Positions 38,549 to 47,785 of a stretch of DNA of 64,000 bases are shown piece by piece. The translations under genes were made by a program, and so were the position numbers. Numbering within the stretch: the stretch's first letter is position 1; each line of letters opens with the position of its first letter. Source of the stretch: Chitinophagales bacterium (GTDB lineage Bacteria > Bacteroidota > Bacteroidia > Chitinophagales > CAIOSU01); the NCBI GenBank assembly GCA_026003335.1, contig BPHB01000001.1, positions 320,591 through 384,590 on the forward strand, in the 5' to 3' direction. The notes beneath the pieces were generated by a model. That model saw only the letters and a list, made by a program, of their open reading frames with translations, was not told the origin of the DNA and did not search any database.

Positions 38549-40909
38549 ATGCCGCAGCTAAAAAAACGCCTGTTGTTTTTAGGACTTCCGGTAATAACCA
38601 TTCTTTTAATAGTCTATGTTTTCAAACTTACTTTCCTGAAAAGCACCCTGGACATTACCCGGGGCGTTGAGATGGATCGCTTGCCTGAAGGAACCCGACT
38701 GATGGTCATCGCACTTCAGAAACAGATTGCTGCCGAAGATCCCTTGCGGCTACCCTTCTTTCTCATGGACGATAAGCTCCGCATCCGGAAGCTACAGCAA
38801 AAAATAAGTTTTGGCACCAATGCCTCCCTGCATTTGCCAAGGGAAATAGCATACATCCATTTGTTCGCAGGAAATACCAATGACGCCATCCTGCAAATGG
38901 AAAAACTGGTTGCATCGTTTAATTTATCCCTGGATAGCTTGACCTCAAATAATGCAGAACCTCTCCGCTTTCTGGCACTGGCTCATCTGCGATTAGGTGA
39001 ACAACAAAACTGTATAGCCAATCACAACAGCCAATCCTGTATAGTTCCGTTTCATCGTGAAGCGGTGCACCAAAATAAAACCCACGCTGAGCAAGCGATG
39101 GCATTGCTCTACCGCCTGTGTGATGCCGACACCACTGACTACACCAGCCGATGGCTGTTGAATGTTGCTGCTATGGCTTTGGATCAATATCCGGATGCAC
39201 TGCCTTCAGATTTGCTGATTCCGCTGCATGATGATTACACAGATAGACCTGATCTGCCTTTTCAACCTTTTACCAACATTGCCGGCAACTTAGGATTAGA
39301 CTTCAACGGCCTTGCCGGTGGCGTTATCATAGACGACTTCAACAATGACGGCTTCCTTGACCTGATCACCTCTTCCTGCGGGCTTGATCATCCGCTTACC
39401 TATCACGAAAACAGCGGCAAGGGATATTTTTACGACAAATCTTCCCAACCCGGTCTTACAGGCCTAACTGGCGGGCTGAATCTGGTTCAGGCTGATTATG
39501 ATAATGACGGTCTGCTGGATTTTTTGGTCTTACGCGGAGCCTGGTTAGGTTCTTATCCAACCTACCCTAACTCTTTGATAAAAAACAGGGGCAGAGGAAT
39601 GTTTGAAGATGTTACTCACGCATCAGGGTTGCTCTCTTTTCATTCCTCGCAGGTTGCTTGCTGGGCAGACTTCAATCTTGACGGGCACCTGGACCTCTTT
39701 GTCGGCAATGAACAAACGGATTTCTCTGACAAAAATCCAGGTGGCAACATGATTGAACTTTTTCTCAACAACGGCAACGGAACCTTTACAAATGTGGCTG
39801 ACTCGGTGGGTTTGATTCTAAAGGCAATCATAAAAGGAGCTTCATGGATTGACTACAACAACGATGGCTTGCCTGACCTCATCATATCCGCATTAGGAAG
39901 TAAAAACAAACTCTTTAAAAATGTATGCGGCAATCCGGATCAGAAATGCCATTTTGAGGACGTATCCGAATCTGCCGGTATCCATGGCCCGATAATGAGT
40001 TTTCCTGTTATGGTATTTGACTTTAACAATGACGGATGGGACGACATTTTCATAGGAGACTTTGACATGGCTTTTGTTGCCGGATATGATAAAATGCCAT
40101 CCGGCTGGTCATCGGATGCCTCCGGACAATTTGCTCGTGAAATGCCGGGACTGGCGCCTGCTACGACCATGCCGGCTCTTTATCTTAATAATCAAGACAA
40201 TACGTTCACCAACATTGCCGGGGAGGCAGGGCTGCATAAAGTATGTTTCACCATGGGATGCAATTTTGGCGACCTTGACAATGATGGCTTCCTGGATATT
40301 TACCTGGGCACCGGCACTCCCAACTATGAGTCGGTGATGCCCAACCGCATGTTCCGCAATGCTGGGGGTGCACGCTTTGAAGAAGTTACCTTTTCCGGAA
40401 GATTCGGACATATTCAAAAAGGCCATGGAATAAGCTTTGCTGACCTGGATAATGATGGCGACCAGGATATTTATGCAGTCATGGGAGGAATTTTTGAAGG
40501 CGATCGTTTCCCGAATGTGTTGTTTGAAAATCCAGGTAATGCGCACGCATGGATTGCGCTAAAGCTCGTTGGCACGTCTTCCAACCGCAGCGCTATAGGT
40601 GCACGTATCACCGTGACGGCATTGTATGCTGACGGTAGCGAACGGCAGTTTCATCGCACCGTTTCATCCGGAGGCAGCTTCGGAGCCAATCCCCTGCTGG
40701 TGCATGTGGGGTTGGGTGACGCCACCCTGGTACGCTCTCTGGAGGTTCGCTGGCCTGCAAAAAAAGCCAACCCCCAGCATTTCACAAATCTGCCCGTTAA
40801 TCACTACATGGTAATAACCGAAAATGATTCGCTGCCGGCCTTTGAAAGCCTTTCCAGAATTGATTTTTCATCTGTAGATTTGAGCCCTGTGCATCCGCAC
40901 GTTCATTAA
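38549..40909 (+). CDS. CRTAC1-family protein: N-terminal TM anchor, TPR-like region, FG-GAP/VCBS repeats, C-terminal ASPIC/UnbV domain
   Basis: Seven Ca-binding-type repeats ('FNNDGFLDL', 'DYDNDGLLDF', 'DFNLDGHLDLF', 'DYNNDGLPDL', 'DFNNDGWDDIF', 'GDLDNDGFLDIY', 'ADLDNDGDQDIY') and 'NRSAIGARITV...GGSFGANPLLVHVGLG...LEVRWP'. Confidence 0.8.
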   Translation: MPQLKKRLLFLGLPVITILLIVYVFKLTFLKSTLDITRGVEMDRLPEGTRLMVIALQKQIAAEDPLRLPFFLMDDKLRIRKLQQKISFGTNASLHLPREIAYIHLFAGNTNDAILQMEKLVASFNLSLDSLTSNNAEPLRFLALAHLRLGEQQNCIANHNSQSCIVPFHREAVHQNKTHAEQAMALLYRLCDADTTDYTSRWLLNVAAMALDQYPDALPSDLLIPLHDDYTDRPDLPFQPFTNIAGNLGLDFNGLAGGVIIDDFNNDGFLDLITSSCGLDHPLTYHENSGKGYFYDKSSQPGLTGLTGGLNLVQADYDNDGLLDFLVLRGAWLGSYPTYPNSLIKNRGRGMFEDVTHASGLLSFHSSQVACWADFNLDGHLDLFVGNEQTDFSDKNPGGNMIELFLNNGNGTFTNVADSVGLILKAIIKGASWIDYNNDGLPDLIISALGSKNKLFKNVCGNPDQKCHFEDVSESAGIHGPIMSFPVMVFDFNNDGWDDIFIGDFDMAFVAGYDKMPSGWSSDASGQFAREMPGLAPATTMPALYLNNQDNTFTNIAGEAGLHKVCFTMGCNFGDLDNDGFLDIYLGTGTPNYESVMPNRMFRNAGGARFEEVTFSGRFGHIQKGHGISFADLDNDGDQDIYAVMGGIFEGDRFPNVLFENPGNAHAWIALKLVGTSSNRSAIGARITVTALYADGSERQFHRTVSSGGSFGANPLLVHVGLGDATLVRSLEVRWPAKKANPQHFTNLPVNHYMVITENDSLPAFESLSRIDFSSVDLSPVHPHVH

Positions 40910-40929
40910 TATCCTTCAATGCAAACCAG

Positions 40930-41376
40930 ATGCTCGTGCACGATAAGCAAAAAGTGTTAGCGCTGATACCCCAAAAACCTCCCTTTGTAATGGTAGATGC
41001 CCTCCGCGCTGCTTCAGACCAGGAAGCGGAAACGGTTTTTTTTATTGATCCCAGGAATATCCTCTGCGAGCAAAATCTTTTTTCTGAAGCCGGGTTGATA
41101 GAAAATATCGCCCAAAGCGCTGCTCTGCACATGGGCTATCTGTGCCAGCAGAAAAACATTCCGCCTCCGAAAGGATTCATCGGGGATGTAAAAGATCTGA
41201 AAATTTATGCTCTGCCAACAGCCGGCTCGCATATTTCCACACGTATCTATGTGGAAGACCTGATTTTCGGAGTAACTCTCCTGCTAGGGGAAATATTTCA
41301 GAACGGGAAACAACTAGCCTCCTGTCGTATGAAAGTGTTTACCCTCAATGACAACAACACTCCGGCCGGTATATGA
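40930..41376 (+). CDS. hotdog-fold 3-hydroxyacyl-ACP dehydratase-like protein (APE-cluster DH)
   Basis: 148 aa with 'LIPQKPPFVMVDAL' and 'GLIENIAQSAAL', typical of FabZ-like APE dehydratases. Confidence 0.7.
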   Translation: MLVHDKQKVLALIPQKPPFVMVDALRAASDQEAETVFFIDPRNILCEQNLFSEAGLIENIAQSAALHMGYLCQQKNIPPPKGFIGDVKDLKIYALPTAGSHISTRIYVEDLIFGVTLLLGEIFQNGKQLASCRMKVFTLNDNNTPAGI

Positions 41377-42662
41377 ACAAGCTCACAGCCTTTTTTAAGA
41401 CTCTCGGGCCGGGAGTATTATTTGCCAGCACAGCTATTGGCGTTTCACATCTGGTGCAATCTACCCGCGCAGGGGCAGACTATGGCTTTGCCCTCCTATG
41501 GGCAGTTATTCTGGCCAATGTGTTCAAATTTCCGTTTTTTGAATATGGCTCTCGCTATGCCAATGCTACTGGCACCAGCATCATTGAGGGTTACAAAAAA
41601 ATAGGTCGATGGATGCTGGCTCTGTATTTTCTGATTACGGTGTGTTCTATGTTTTTTGTAACGGCTGCGGTGGGTGCAGTAACAGCCGGTTTTCTTGACA
41701 ATCTTTTCGGTATCTCGGCTGCCTTTCCGGGCAAGCCGCTGCTTGCAACCACCCTGTTATTTATAGTCTGTCTCGGTATTTTGGCTATCGGTCGCTTTGC
41801 AGCGCTGGATCTGCTGATTAAGCTTATCGGCACTGCCCTGCTGATCTCTACCCTGGCTGCCTTTATCATTACCCTTATCCGGGGACCTGTTCCTCATGCA
41901 CCCGGCTTCACACCTCCTCCCCTTTGGGATGAAAAAAGTATTCTATTCATCATCGCGCTTATGGGATGGATGCCCACAGCCGTTGATTTGTCCTCATGGA
42001 ACAGCCTGTGGACTCTGGAACGTATTAAACAATCCGGCTACAAACCCACGCTGCGCGAAACCCTTGTGGAATTCAACCTGGGCTATTGGATTTCCGCTGC
42101 CCTCTCTATTTGCTTCGTAACTCTTGGGGCATACATTCTTTACGGCACAGGACAAAAGATGCCGGATAATAGCGCCCTCTTTGCCAACGAGGTGGTTGAG
42201 CTCTACACTGCCACCATGGGCTCATGGAGCTATTTCATCATCGCCACTTCTGCCTTTTCCATCATGTTTAGTACCAGCATTGGTGTTTTTGACGGTTATG
42301 CCCGTGCTCTTGAACGCACCTCTGAGCTTCTGTTTTTCAGTGAAGAAAAAGCTACCCTGATGCTGAAAGACAGAAAGGTGTATTTGTTTTCCCTGTTCAG
42401 CCTTGCTATTGGCGCTTACCTGATAATTTCGGTGTTCAGCAACAAGATGAAAGCCTTGGTTGACCTGGCTACCAGCATATCCTTTCTGATTGCCCCGGTT
42501 ATTGCCGTAGTAAATTTCCGGTTAGTGAAGAAGCACCTGCAGCCGGAATGTGCACCCGGTTGGGCACTGCAGATTCTGAGCTATGCCGGCATTGCCTTTC
42601 TTACCGGCTTCAGTATACTTTACCTCATAGCACGGTTTATTCCGGAATGGCTTCCGTTTTAA
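41373..42662 (+). CDS. NRAMP-family divalent metal cation transporter
   Basis: 429 aa, about 11 TM helices, N-terminal 'LGPGVLFASTAIGVSHLVQSTRAGADYGF'. ATGA overlap with the upstream DH. Confidence 0.7.
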   Translation: MNKLTAFFKTLGPGVLFASTAIGVSHLVQSTRAGADYGFALLWAVILANVFKFPFFEYGSRYANATGTSIIEGYKKIGRWMLALYFLITVCSMFFVTAAVGAVTAGFLDNLFGISAAFPGKPLLATTLLFIVCLGILAIGRFAALDLLIKLIGTALLISTLAAFIITLIRGPVPHAPGFTPPPLWDEKSILFIIALMGWMPTAVDLSSWNSLWTLERIKQSGYKPTLRETLVEFNLGYWISAALSICFVTLGAYILYGTGQKMPDNSALFANEVVELYTATMGSWSYFIIATSAFSIMFSTSIGVFDGYARALERTSELLFFSEEKATLMLKDRKVYLFSLFSLAIGAYLIISVFSNKMKALVDLATSISFLIAPVIAVVNFRLVKKHLQPECAPGWALQILSYAGIAFLTGFSILYLIARFIPEWLPF

Positions 42663-42812
42663 CTCCTGTTGCCACCCATATATACAACACCTTCCTACCC
42701 CTTACATAAGCCGGCCATACGTATAACCACCTCCCGACAAACGACAAATAACTATGTGTTTTTAGAATTTAGCCGTGACTATTCAGGATATTTGCAGCGC
42801 AATTCAAAACTT

Positions 42813-43238
42813 ATGACAAAGCCAACTCTTTCGGTGTTCACTGAAATTACTGTTCGCTTTCACGAAGTAGATTCGCTGGGTATCGTGTGGCACGGGCATT
42901 ATCTCCGTTATTTTGAAGATGGCCGGGAAGCCTTTGGAAAAAAATACCAGGTGGGCTATGCCGACTTTGCCGAACGGGGATATGCGGTGCCGGTAGTGCA
43001 TGTACATTGCAGCTATAAGCATCCTCTTCGGTATGGTGAAAACATAAAAGTAATCACCACACTTGTCAATTCGCTTTCGGCCAAGCTTATTTTTGATTAT
43101 CAGATATTAAACTCCGAAGGACGGCTGGCTGCCACAGGGCAAACTACCCAGGTTTTGGTAGAGAAAGACACCAATCTGTTGTGCCTGGTGTTACCGGAGT
43201 TTCTTGTTCAATGGAAAATGAAACATGGTTTAATGTAA
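42813..43238 (+). CDS. 4HBT/YbgC-family acyl-(ACP/CoA) thioesterase
   Basis: 'VRFHEVDSLGIVWHGHYLRYFEDGREAF' hotdog thioesterase motif. ATG at 42813; the upstream 48 codons of the ORF are low-complexity and lack homology features. Confidence 0.8.
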   Translation: MTKPTLSVFTEITVRFHEVDSLGIVWHGHYLRYFEDGREAFGKKYQVGYADFAERGYAVPVVHVHCSYKHPLRYGENIKVITTLVNSLSAKLIFDYQILNSEGRLAATGQTTQVLVEKDTNLLCLVLPEFLVQWKMKHGLM

Positions 43239-44386
43239 TGCGTCCTGCTTGGGTTGTTTCCGATAGCTTGATTGCCCCGCTTGGTTGCACTTCAGAAGAA
43301 AACTTCAACGCCTTCCTTTCCGGCAAAACGGGTATAAGGAGGGTGCACGATGCAAAGCTTTCTTCTTCTCCGGTATGGGTAGCAGCCATTGACCCGGTCA
43401 TGTTAGAAAGTCAGCTCAGTGAGTCAGGAATCCCCGCTTCATTTACAAAAGCGGAATCTCTTTCTATCCTTTCCATTCAAAAAGCTCTGGTTGCCTTTCC
43501 TGACCTGATGGCTCATAAAAAAACAGCTTTTATCTTCTCAACTACCAAAGGCAATATTGACCACATAGAAAAGAAAGACCCAGAACGGCTCAACCTGTTT
43601 TTTACAGCACTGAAAATTGCCCGTTACTTTCGGCATCCAGGCAACCCTATTGTTGTTTCCAATGCATGCATTTCCGGTACATTGGCTTTGCTGCTGGCCG
43701 CCAGATTCCTGGATGCAGGAAGGTATGATCAGGTAGTGGTTACCGGCACCGATATCCTGTCCTCTTTTGTTATCTCTGGCTTTGCAAGCCTGTATGCATT
43801 GAGCGATGCACCCTGTCGCCCTTTTGACCAGATGCGTAAAGGCATCAACCTTGGGGAAGCAGCAGCCACCATCGTTCTCAGCCGCCATCGCACGGATACA
43901 GAGTCTGCTGCTATATGTGTGAGAGGCGGAGCTGTTTCCAATGATGCAAACCACATTTCCGGACCGTCTCGCACGGGAGCTGAACTGGCTCAAGCCATTG
44001 GAGAGGCCTTAAAGCAGAGTGGGCTCGGAGCGGCCCACATAGGCTTTATCTCCGCTCATGGCACTGGCACGCGCTTCAATGATGACATGGAGTCCAGAGC
44101 CTTTCGTTTAGCCGGGCTACAGGAGGTGCCTGTTCACAGCCTGAAAGGCTGTTTCGGCCACACCCTTGGGGCTGCCGGTGTGGTGGAATGCGTCATGTCA
44201 TTGTGGTCACTGCGAAAAAATGTTATTTTGCAATCCATGGGATTCAGGGAACCCGGCACGGCTGAAAAAATACATGTCTGCCGGAAGAACACACCAAAAG
44301 AGATCACCCATTTCCTGAAAACCGCTTCCGGCTTTGGGGGGTGTAATGCAGCCTTGATTTTTTCAAAATCAGATAGCTATGTCTGA
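43238..44386 (+). CDS. beta-ketoacyl-ACP synthase (KS)
   Basis: Cys-His-His triad: 'SNACISGTLAL', 'SAHGTGTRFND', 'FGHTLGAAG'. The ATG at 43238 overlaps the thioesterase stop (TAATG); alternative starts at 43181/43211. Confidence 0.85.
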   Translation: MRPAWVVSDSLIAPLGCTSEENFNAFLSGKTGIRRVHDAKLSSSPVWVAAIDPVMLESQLSESGIPASFTKAESLSILSIQKALVAFPDLMAHKKTAFIFSTTKGNIDHIEKKDPERLNLFFTALKIARYFRHPGNPIVVSNACISGTLALLLAARFLDAGRYDQVVVTGTDILSSFVISGFASLYALSDAPCRPFDQMRKGINLGEAAATIVLSRHRTDTESAAICVRGGAVSNDANHISGPSRTGAELAQAIGEALKQSGLGAAHIGFISAHGTGTRFNDDMESRAFRLAGLQEVPVHSLKGCFGHTLGAAGVVECVMSLWSLRKNVILQSMGFREPGTAEKIHVCRKNTPKEITHFLKTASGFGGCNAALIFSKSDSYV

Positions 44387-45635
44387 TAACTTTACAGAGT
44401 CTGATGTGCTGATAATTGGTGCCGGACCATCCGGAACAGTAGCTGCTTCCCTAATCAAACAGGCAGGCTTCCAGGTACAGATCGTAGAGAAACAACGCTT
44501 CCCCCGCTTTGTGATAGGTGAAAGCCTTTTACCCAAGTGTATGGAAGGATTGCAGGAAGCCGGTTTTATTCCCGCTCTGGAGAAAAGAGGATTTCAAAAA
44601 AAATACGGAGCCAAGTTTGTCAAGGGAAAGGAAATCTGTGATTTCAATTTTGAAGATCAATACTCCAGCGGTTGGAGCTGGACCTGGCAGGTGCCCAGAG
44701 CCGACTTTGACAAAACCCTTGCAGATGAGGTAGAACGTATGGGGGTTCCTGTTGCCTATGAAACCGAGGTGACACACATACAGTTCAACGGCACCCATAC
44801 CGTCACCACTATCCAGCAGCCGGAGGGAGTGAAAACAATCAAAGCGCGATTCATTATTGATGCCAGTGGTTATGGCCGCGTAATACCTCGCCTGCTACAT
44901 CTGGATCGCCCGTCTTCCTTTCCGGTTAGAAAGGCTTTGTTTACACACGTGGAAGATGTGCACCGCAGCCTTGCCGATGAGCCGAACCGCATCACGGTGG
45001 TTGTCCATGCAGATTCGGTATGGATATGGATTATTCCCTTTTCTAACGGAATCACCTCAGTTGGCATAGTGGCTTTGCCCGAATTTTTTGAAAGCTTCAG
45101 AGGAACGCCTACCGACCAGATGCGGGCTATCCTCACCCGGGAGTCCCTTACTGCAAAACGTTTTGAAAACGCCCCTTTCCTCTTTGAACCCAGAGTTATG
45201 CAGGGATGGTCAACCACTACTGATAAATTTTACGGCAACGGCTATGTGCTGGTAGGTAATGTGACCGAGTTTCTGGATCCCATCTTCTCTTCAGGGGTAA
45301 CCCTTGCGGTAGAATCCGCCAGGCGTGCTGCGCACCTGGTGTGTGATTTTCTGGCGGGAAGAAACGTAGATTGGGAAAACAGCTATATGAAGCCAGTTAT
45401 GGCGGGTATAGATGTTTTCCGTTCCTACGTCATGAGCTGGTATGATGGAACTCTCTTCCCGATTTTCTTTGCTGAACACCCCAACCCGATGGTGAAAAAA
45501 CAAATCTGCTCTGTACTGGCCGGGCATGTGTGGGACGAAACAAATCCCTATGTAAAACATCACGACACGGCATTGCAGCGCCTGGCACGCGCTATCCGCG
45601 CCATGAAAGTCATTAACTCTCCCATTGATTCCTGA
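44379..45635 (+). CDS. flavin-dependent halogenase
   Basis: 'IIGAGPSGTVAA' (GxGxxG), the halogenase signature WxWxIP as 'VWIWIIPF', and 'FLDPIFSSGV' (FxxPxxSxG). Confidence 0.75.
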   Translation: MSDNFTESDVLIIGAGPSGTVAASLIKQAGFQVQIVEKQRFPRFVIGESLLPKCMEGLQEAGFIPALEKRGFQKKYGAKFVKGKEICDFNFEDQYSSGWSWTWQVPRADFDKTLADEVERMGVPVAYETEVTHIQFNGTHTVTTIQQPEGVKTIKARFIIDASGYGRVIPRLLHLDRPSSFPVRKALFTHVEDVHRSLADEPNRITVVVHADSVWIWIIPFSNGITSVGIVALPEFFESFRGTPTDQMRAILTRESLTAKRFENAPFLFEPRVMQGWSTTTDKFYGNGYVLVGNVTEFLDPIFSSGVTLAVESARRAAHLVCDFLAGRNVDWENSYMKPVMAGIDVFRSYVMSWYDGTLFPIFFAEHPNPMVKKQICSVLAGHVWDETNPYVKHHDTALQRLARAIRAMKVINSPIDS

Positions 45636-45646
45636 CCTTGTGCTGT

Positions 45647-46297
45647 ATGAACTATGTTACCGGCTGGTGTGTGATTAAGAATCAAACCGTGGTGAAAAAC
45701 GGAAAAGTAATGGCTTCTCTGCCAGACTATACGGAACACTACCTTATCGGCCTGTATGAAGCTTTGCGCATAAACTATCCCAAGTTTTACAAAATGGACA
45801 ACCTGTGCCGGCTGGGTTTTCTTGCAGCTGAGGTCTTACTTGAGGGAAGCGAGCTGCTTAGCCGGTACACATCCGAACAAACGGGTGTAATACTCAGTAA
45901 CAAGCACGCTTGCTTAGATACCGATTTTCACTACCACCAAACCATGCCGGATGCTCCCAGCCCTTCTGTGTTTGTCTATACACTTCCCAACATCGTGATT
46001 GGTGAAATATCCATACGTCATAAACTGAAAGGTGAAAATGCATTTTTTATCTCCGGGCAGTTTGATGCAGACTTTATGCATAACTACGTGGAGCTGTTGT
46101 TGAATAACAAGATACTGGATTGCTGTCTATGCGGATGGATAGATTTGCTGCAGCATGCACACGAAGCTTTCCTATATTTGGTGGAAAAATCTCCGGGGGG
46201 TACTGCTCTGCCTCACCAAATAGAAAGTATAAAACATTTAAAGCAGTATGGAACAATTGATGCAGGATCTGAAAGCCCAGATTATAGAACAACTTAA
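45647..46297 (+). CDS. KS N-terminal-domain-like protein without an obvious catalytic Cys (APE-cluster accessory)
   Basis: ~216 aa with 'FVYTLPNIVIGEISIRHKLKGEN', resembling the small '3-oxoacyl-ACP synthase'-annotated proteins of APE clusters. The 3' end overlaps the ACP by 50 nt and follows a G6 run, so the stop position is uncertain. Confidence 0.5.
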   Translation: MNYVTGWCVIKNQTVVKNGKVMASLPDYTEHYLIGLYEALRINYPKFYKMDNLCRLGFLAAEVLLEGSELLSRYTSEQTGVILSNKHACLDTDFHYHQTMPDAPSPSVFVYTLPNIVIGEISIRHKLKGENAFFISGQFDADFMHNYVELLLNNKILDCCLCGWIDLLQHAHEAFLYLVEKSPGGTALPHQIESIKHLKQYGTIDAGSESPDYRTT

Positions 46298-46502
46298 CCT
46301 GAAAGATATTACTCCGGATCAGATCGGAGATGACCAGCCGTTATTTGTGGAAGGCCTTGGGCTTGACTCCATTGATGCACTGGAGCTGATCGTTTTGCTG
46401 CAGCAGAAGTACAAAATAAAGCTGGCTAATCCGGAAGACGGTCCAAAGGTATTTTACTCCGTAAGAGCCATGGCGGAATATATCATGGCAAACAAAAAAT
46501 AA
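46248..46502 (+). CDS. acyl carrier protein
   Basis: 84 aa with 'GLGLDSIDALELIV'. Confidence 0.85.
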   Translation: MEQLMQDLKAQIIEQLNLKDITPDQIGDDQPLFVEGLGLDSIDALELIVLLQQKYKIKLANPEDGPKVFYSVRAMAEYIMANKK

Positions 46503-46567
46503 TGCAGCAGTTTCCGCGGGTATAGCCTTGTTTACTGCCGGCTGACAACCAATTATATTTTCATGAC

Positions 46568-47785
46568 ATGTCAGAAAAGGTTTACGTTGTTGGAACAGGA
46601 ATAATTTCGGCCATTGGCAGAAATACTGACGAAACCGTGGAATCCTTGCTCAACAGCCGCAGCGGAATTTCTCCCATTGAGTTACTGCCTACAGTGCACA
46701 GGCATAAATTACCTGCAGGAGAAATCAAATATTCCAATGCTCAGTTAGCTGCCTGGAGTGGATGCCATGCTTCCGTTTCCCGCACCGCCCTGCTGGCCCT
46801 CCTTGCCGCACGGGAGGCAAAACAGTCAGCCGGTATATCTGAGTGGAACAGCCTTCGTACCGGCCTCATTTCAGCCACCACAGTGGGGGGAATGGATCGC
46901 ACTGAAATATTCATGACCGAGTTTATAGAAAACCCCACACGCGGGAGATTGCGTGATGTAATTTATCATGACTGCGGGGCCTCTACAGAAATCATAGCCG
47001 ATACACTTGGAATAAAAGATTTTATTACCACCATCAGCACGGCCTGTTCCTCTTCGGCCAACGCAATCATGTATGGCGCGCGGCTCATCAAACACAATCG
47101 CTTAGATGTAGCAATTGCCGGTGGCGCAGATGCCCTCTCTGCATTTACAACCAACGGTTTCAGCGCACTGATGATTTTAGACCCCGAGCCCTGCAAGCCC
47201 TTTGATGCTAATCGCAAAGGGCTGAATCTCGGAGAGGGAGCGGGTTACCTTACGCTGGTTTCCGAACGTGTGGCAAAGCAGCTTAAGCTCAACGTACTGT
47301 GTGAACTGACCGGATATGGCAATGCCAATGATGCCTATCATCAAACCGCTTCTTCACCTGAAGGTACCGGATCCCTGCTTGCCATGCAGGCCGCCCTTCA
47401 GTGCAGTCAACTTCGGCCCACTGACATTGATTACATCAACCTGCACGGCACCGGTACCTCCAACAACGACCTTTCCGAAGGCAAAGCCATTAAAAAACTC
47501 TTTAGCAACAGTATTCCTCCGATAAGCTCTACCAAATCATTCACCGGACATACCCTTGGGGCCAGCGGGGGCATTGAGGCCGTTATATCTGTTCTTGCCA
47601 TGAAACACCAGGTGGTTTTTCCTAACCTGCGTTTTTCTCAACCCATTGAAGAGCTGTCGCTCATCCCTGTCACCAGCCCTGAAAAAAGAAACATCAGACA
47701 CGTAATGAGTAACGCCTTTGGCTTTGGGGGAAATTGTTGTGCATTGATTTTTTCCAAAACACATCCTGATGAGCGTGTTCATTAA
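46568..47785 (+). CDS. beta-ketoacyl-ACP synthase (KS)
   Basis: 'STACSSSANAIMYG', 'NLHGTGTSNND', 'TGHTLGASGG'. Confidence 0.9.
   Translation: MSEKVYVVGTGIISAIGRNTDETVESLLNSRSGISPIELLPTVHRHKLPAGEIKYSNAQLAAWSGCHASVSRTALLALLAAREAKQSAGISEWNSLRTGLISATTVGGMDRTEIFMTEFIENPTRGRLRDVIYHDCGASTEIIADTLGIKDFITTISTACSSSANAIMYGARLIKHNRLDVAIAGGADALSAFTTNGFSALMILDPEPCKPFDANRKGLNLGEGAGYLTLVSERVAKQLKLNVLCELTGYGNANDAYHQTASSPEGTGSLLAMQAALQCSQLRPTDIDYINLHGTGTSNNDLSEGKAIKKLFSNSIPPISSTKSFTGHTLGASGGIEAVISVLAMKHQVVFPNLRFSQPIEELSLIPVTSPEKRNIRHVMSNAFGFGGNCCALIFSKTHPDERVH

Noticed and set aside
42669-42812. 48-codon N-terminal extension of the thioesterase ORF
   Set aside because: It begins with a non-ATG codon, is Thr/Pro/Tyr-rich low complexity, and the hotdog domain begins right after the ATG at 42813.
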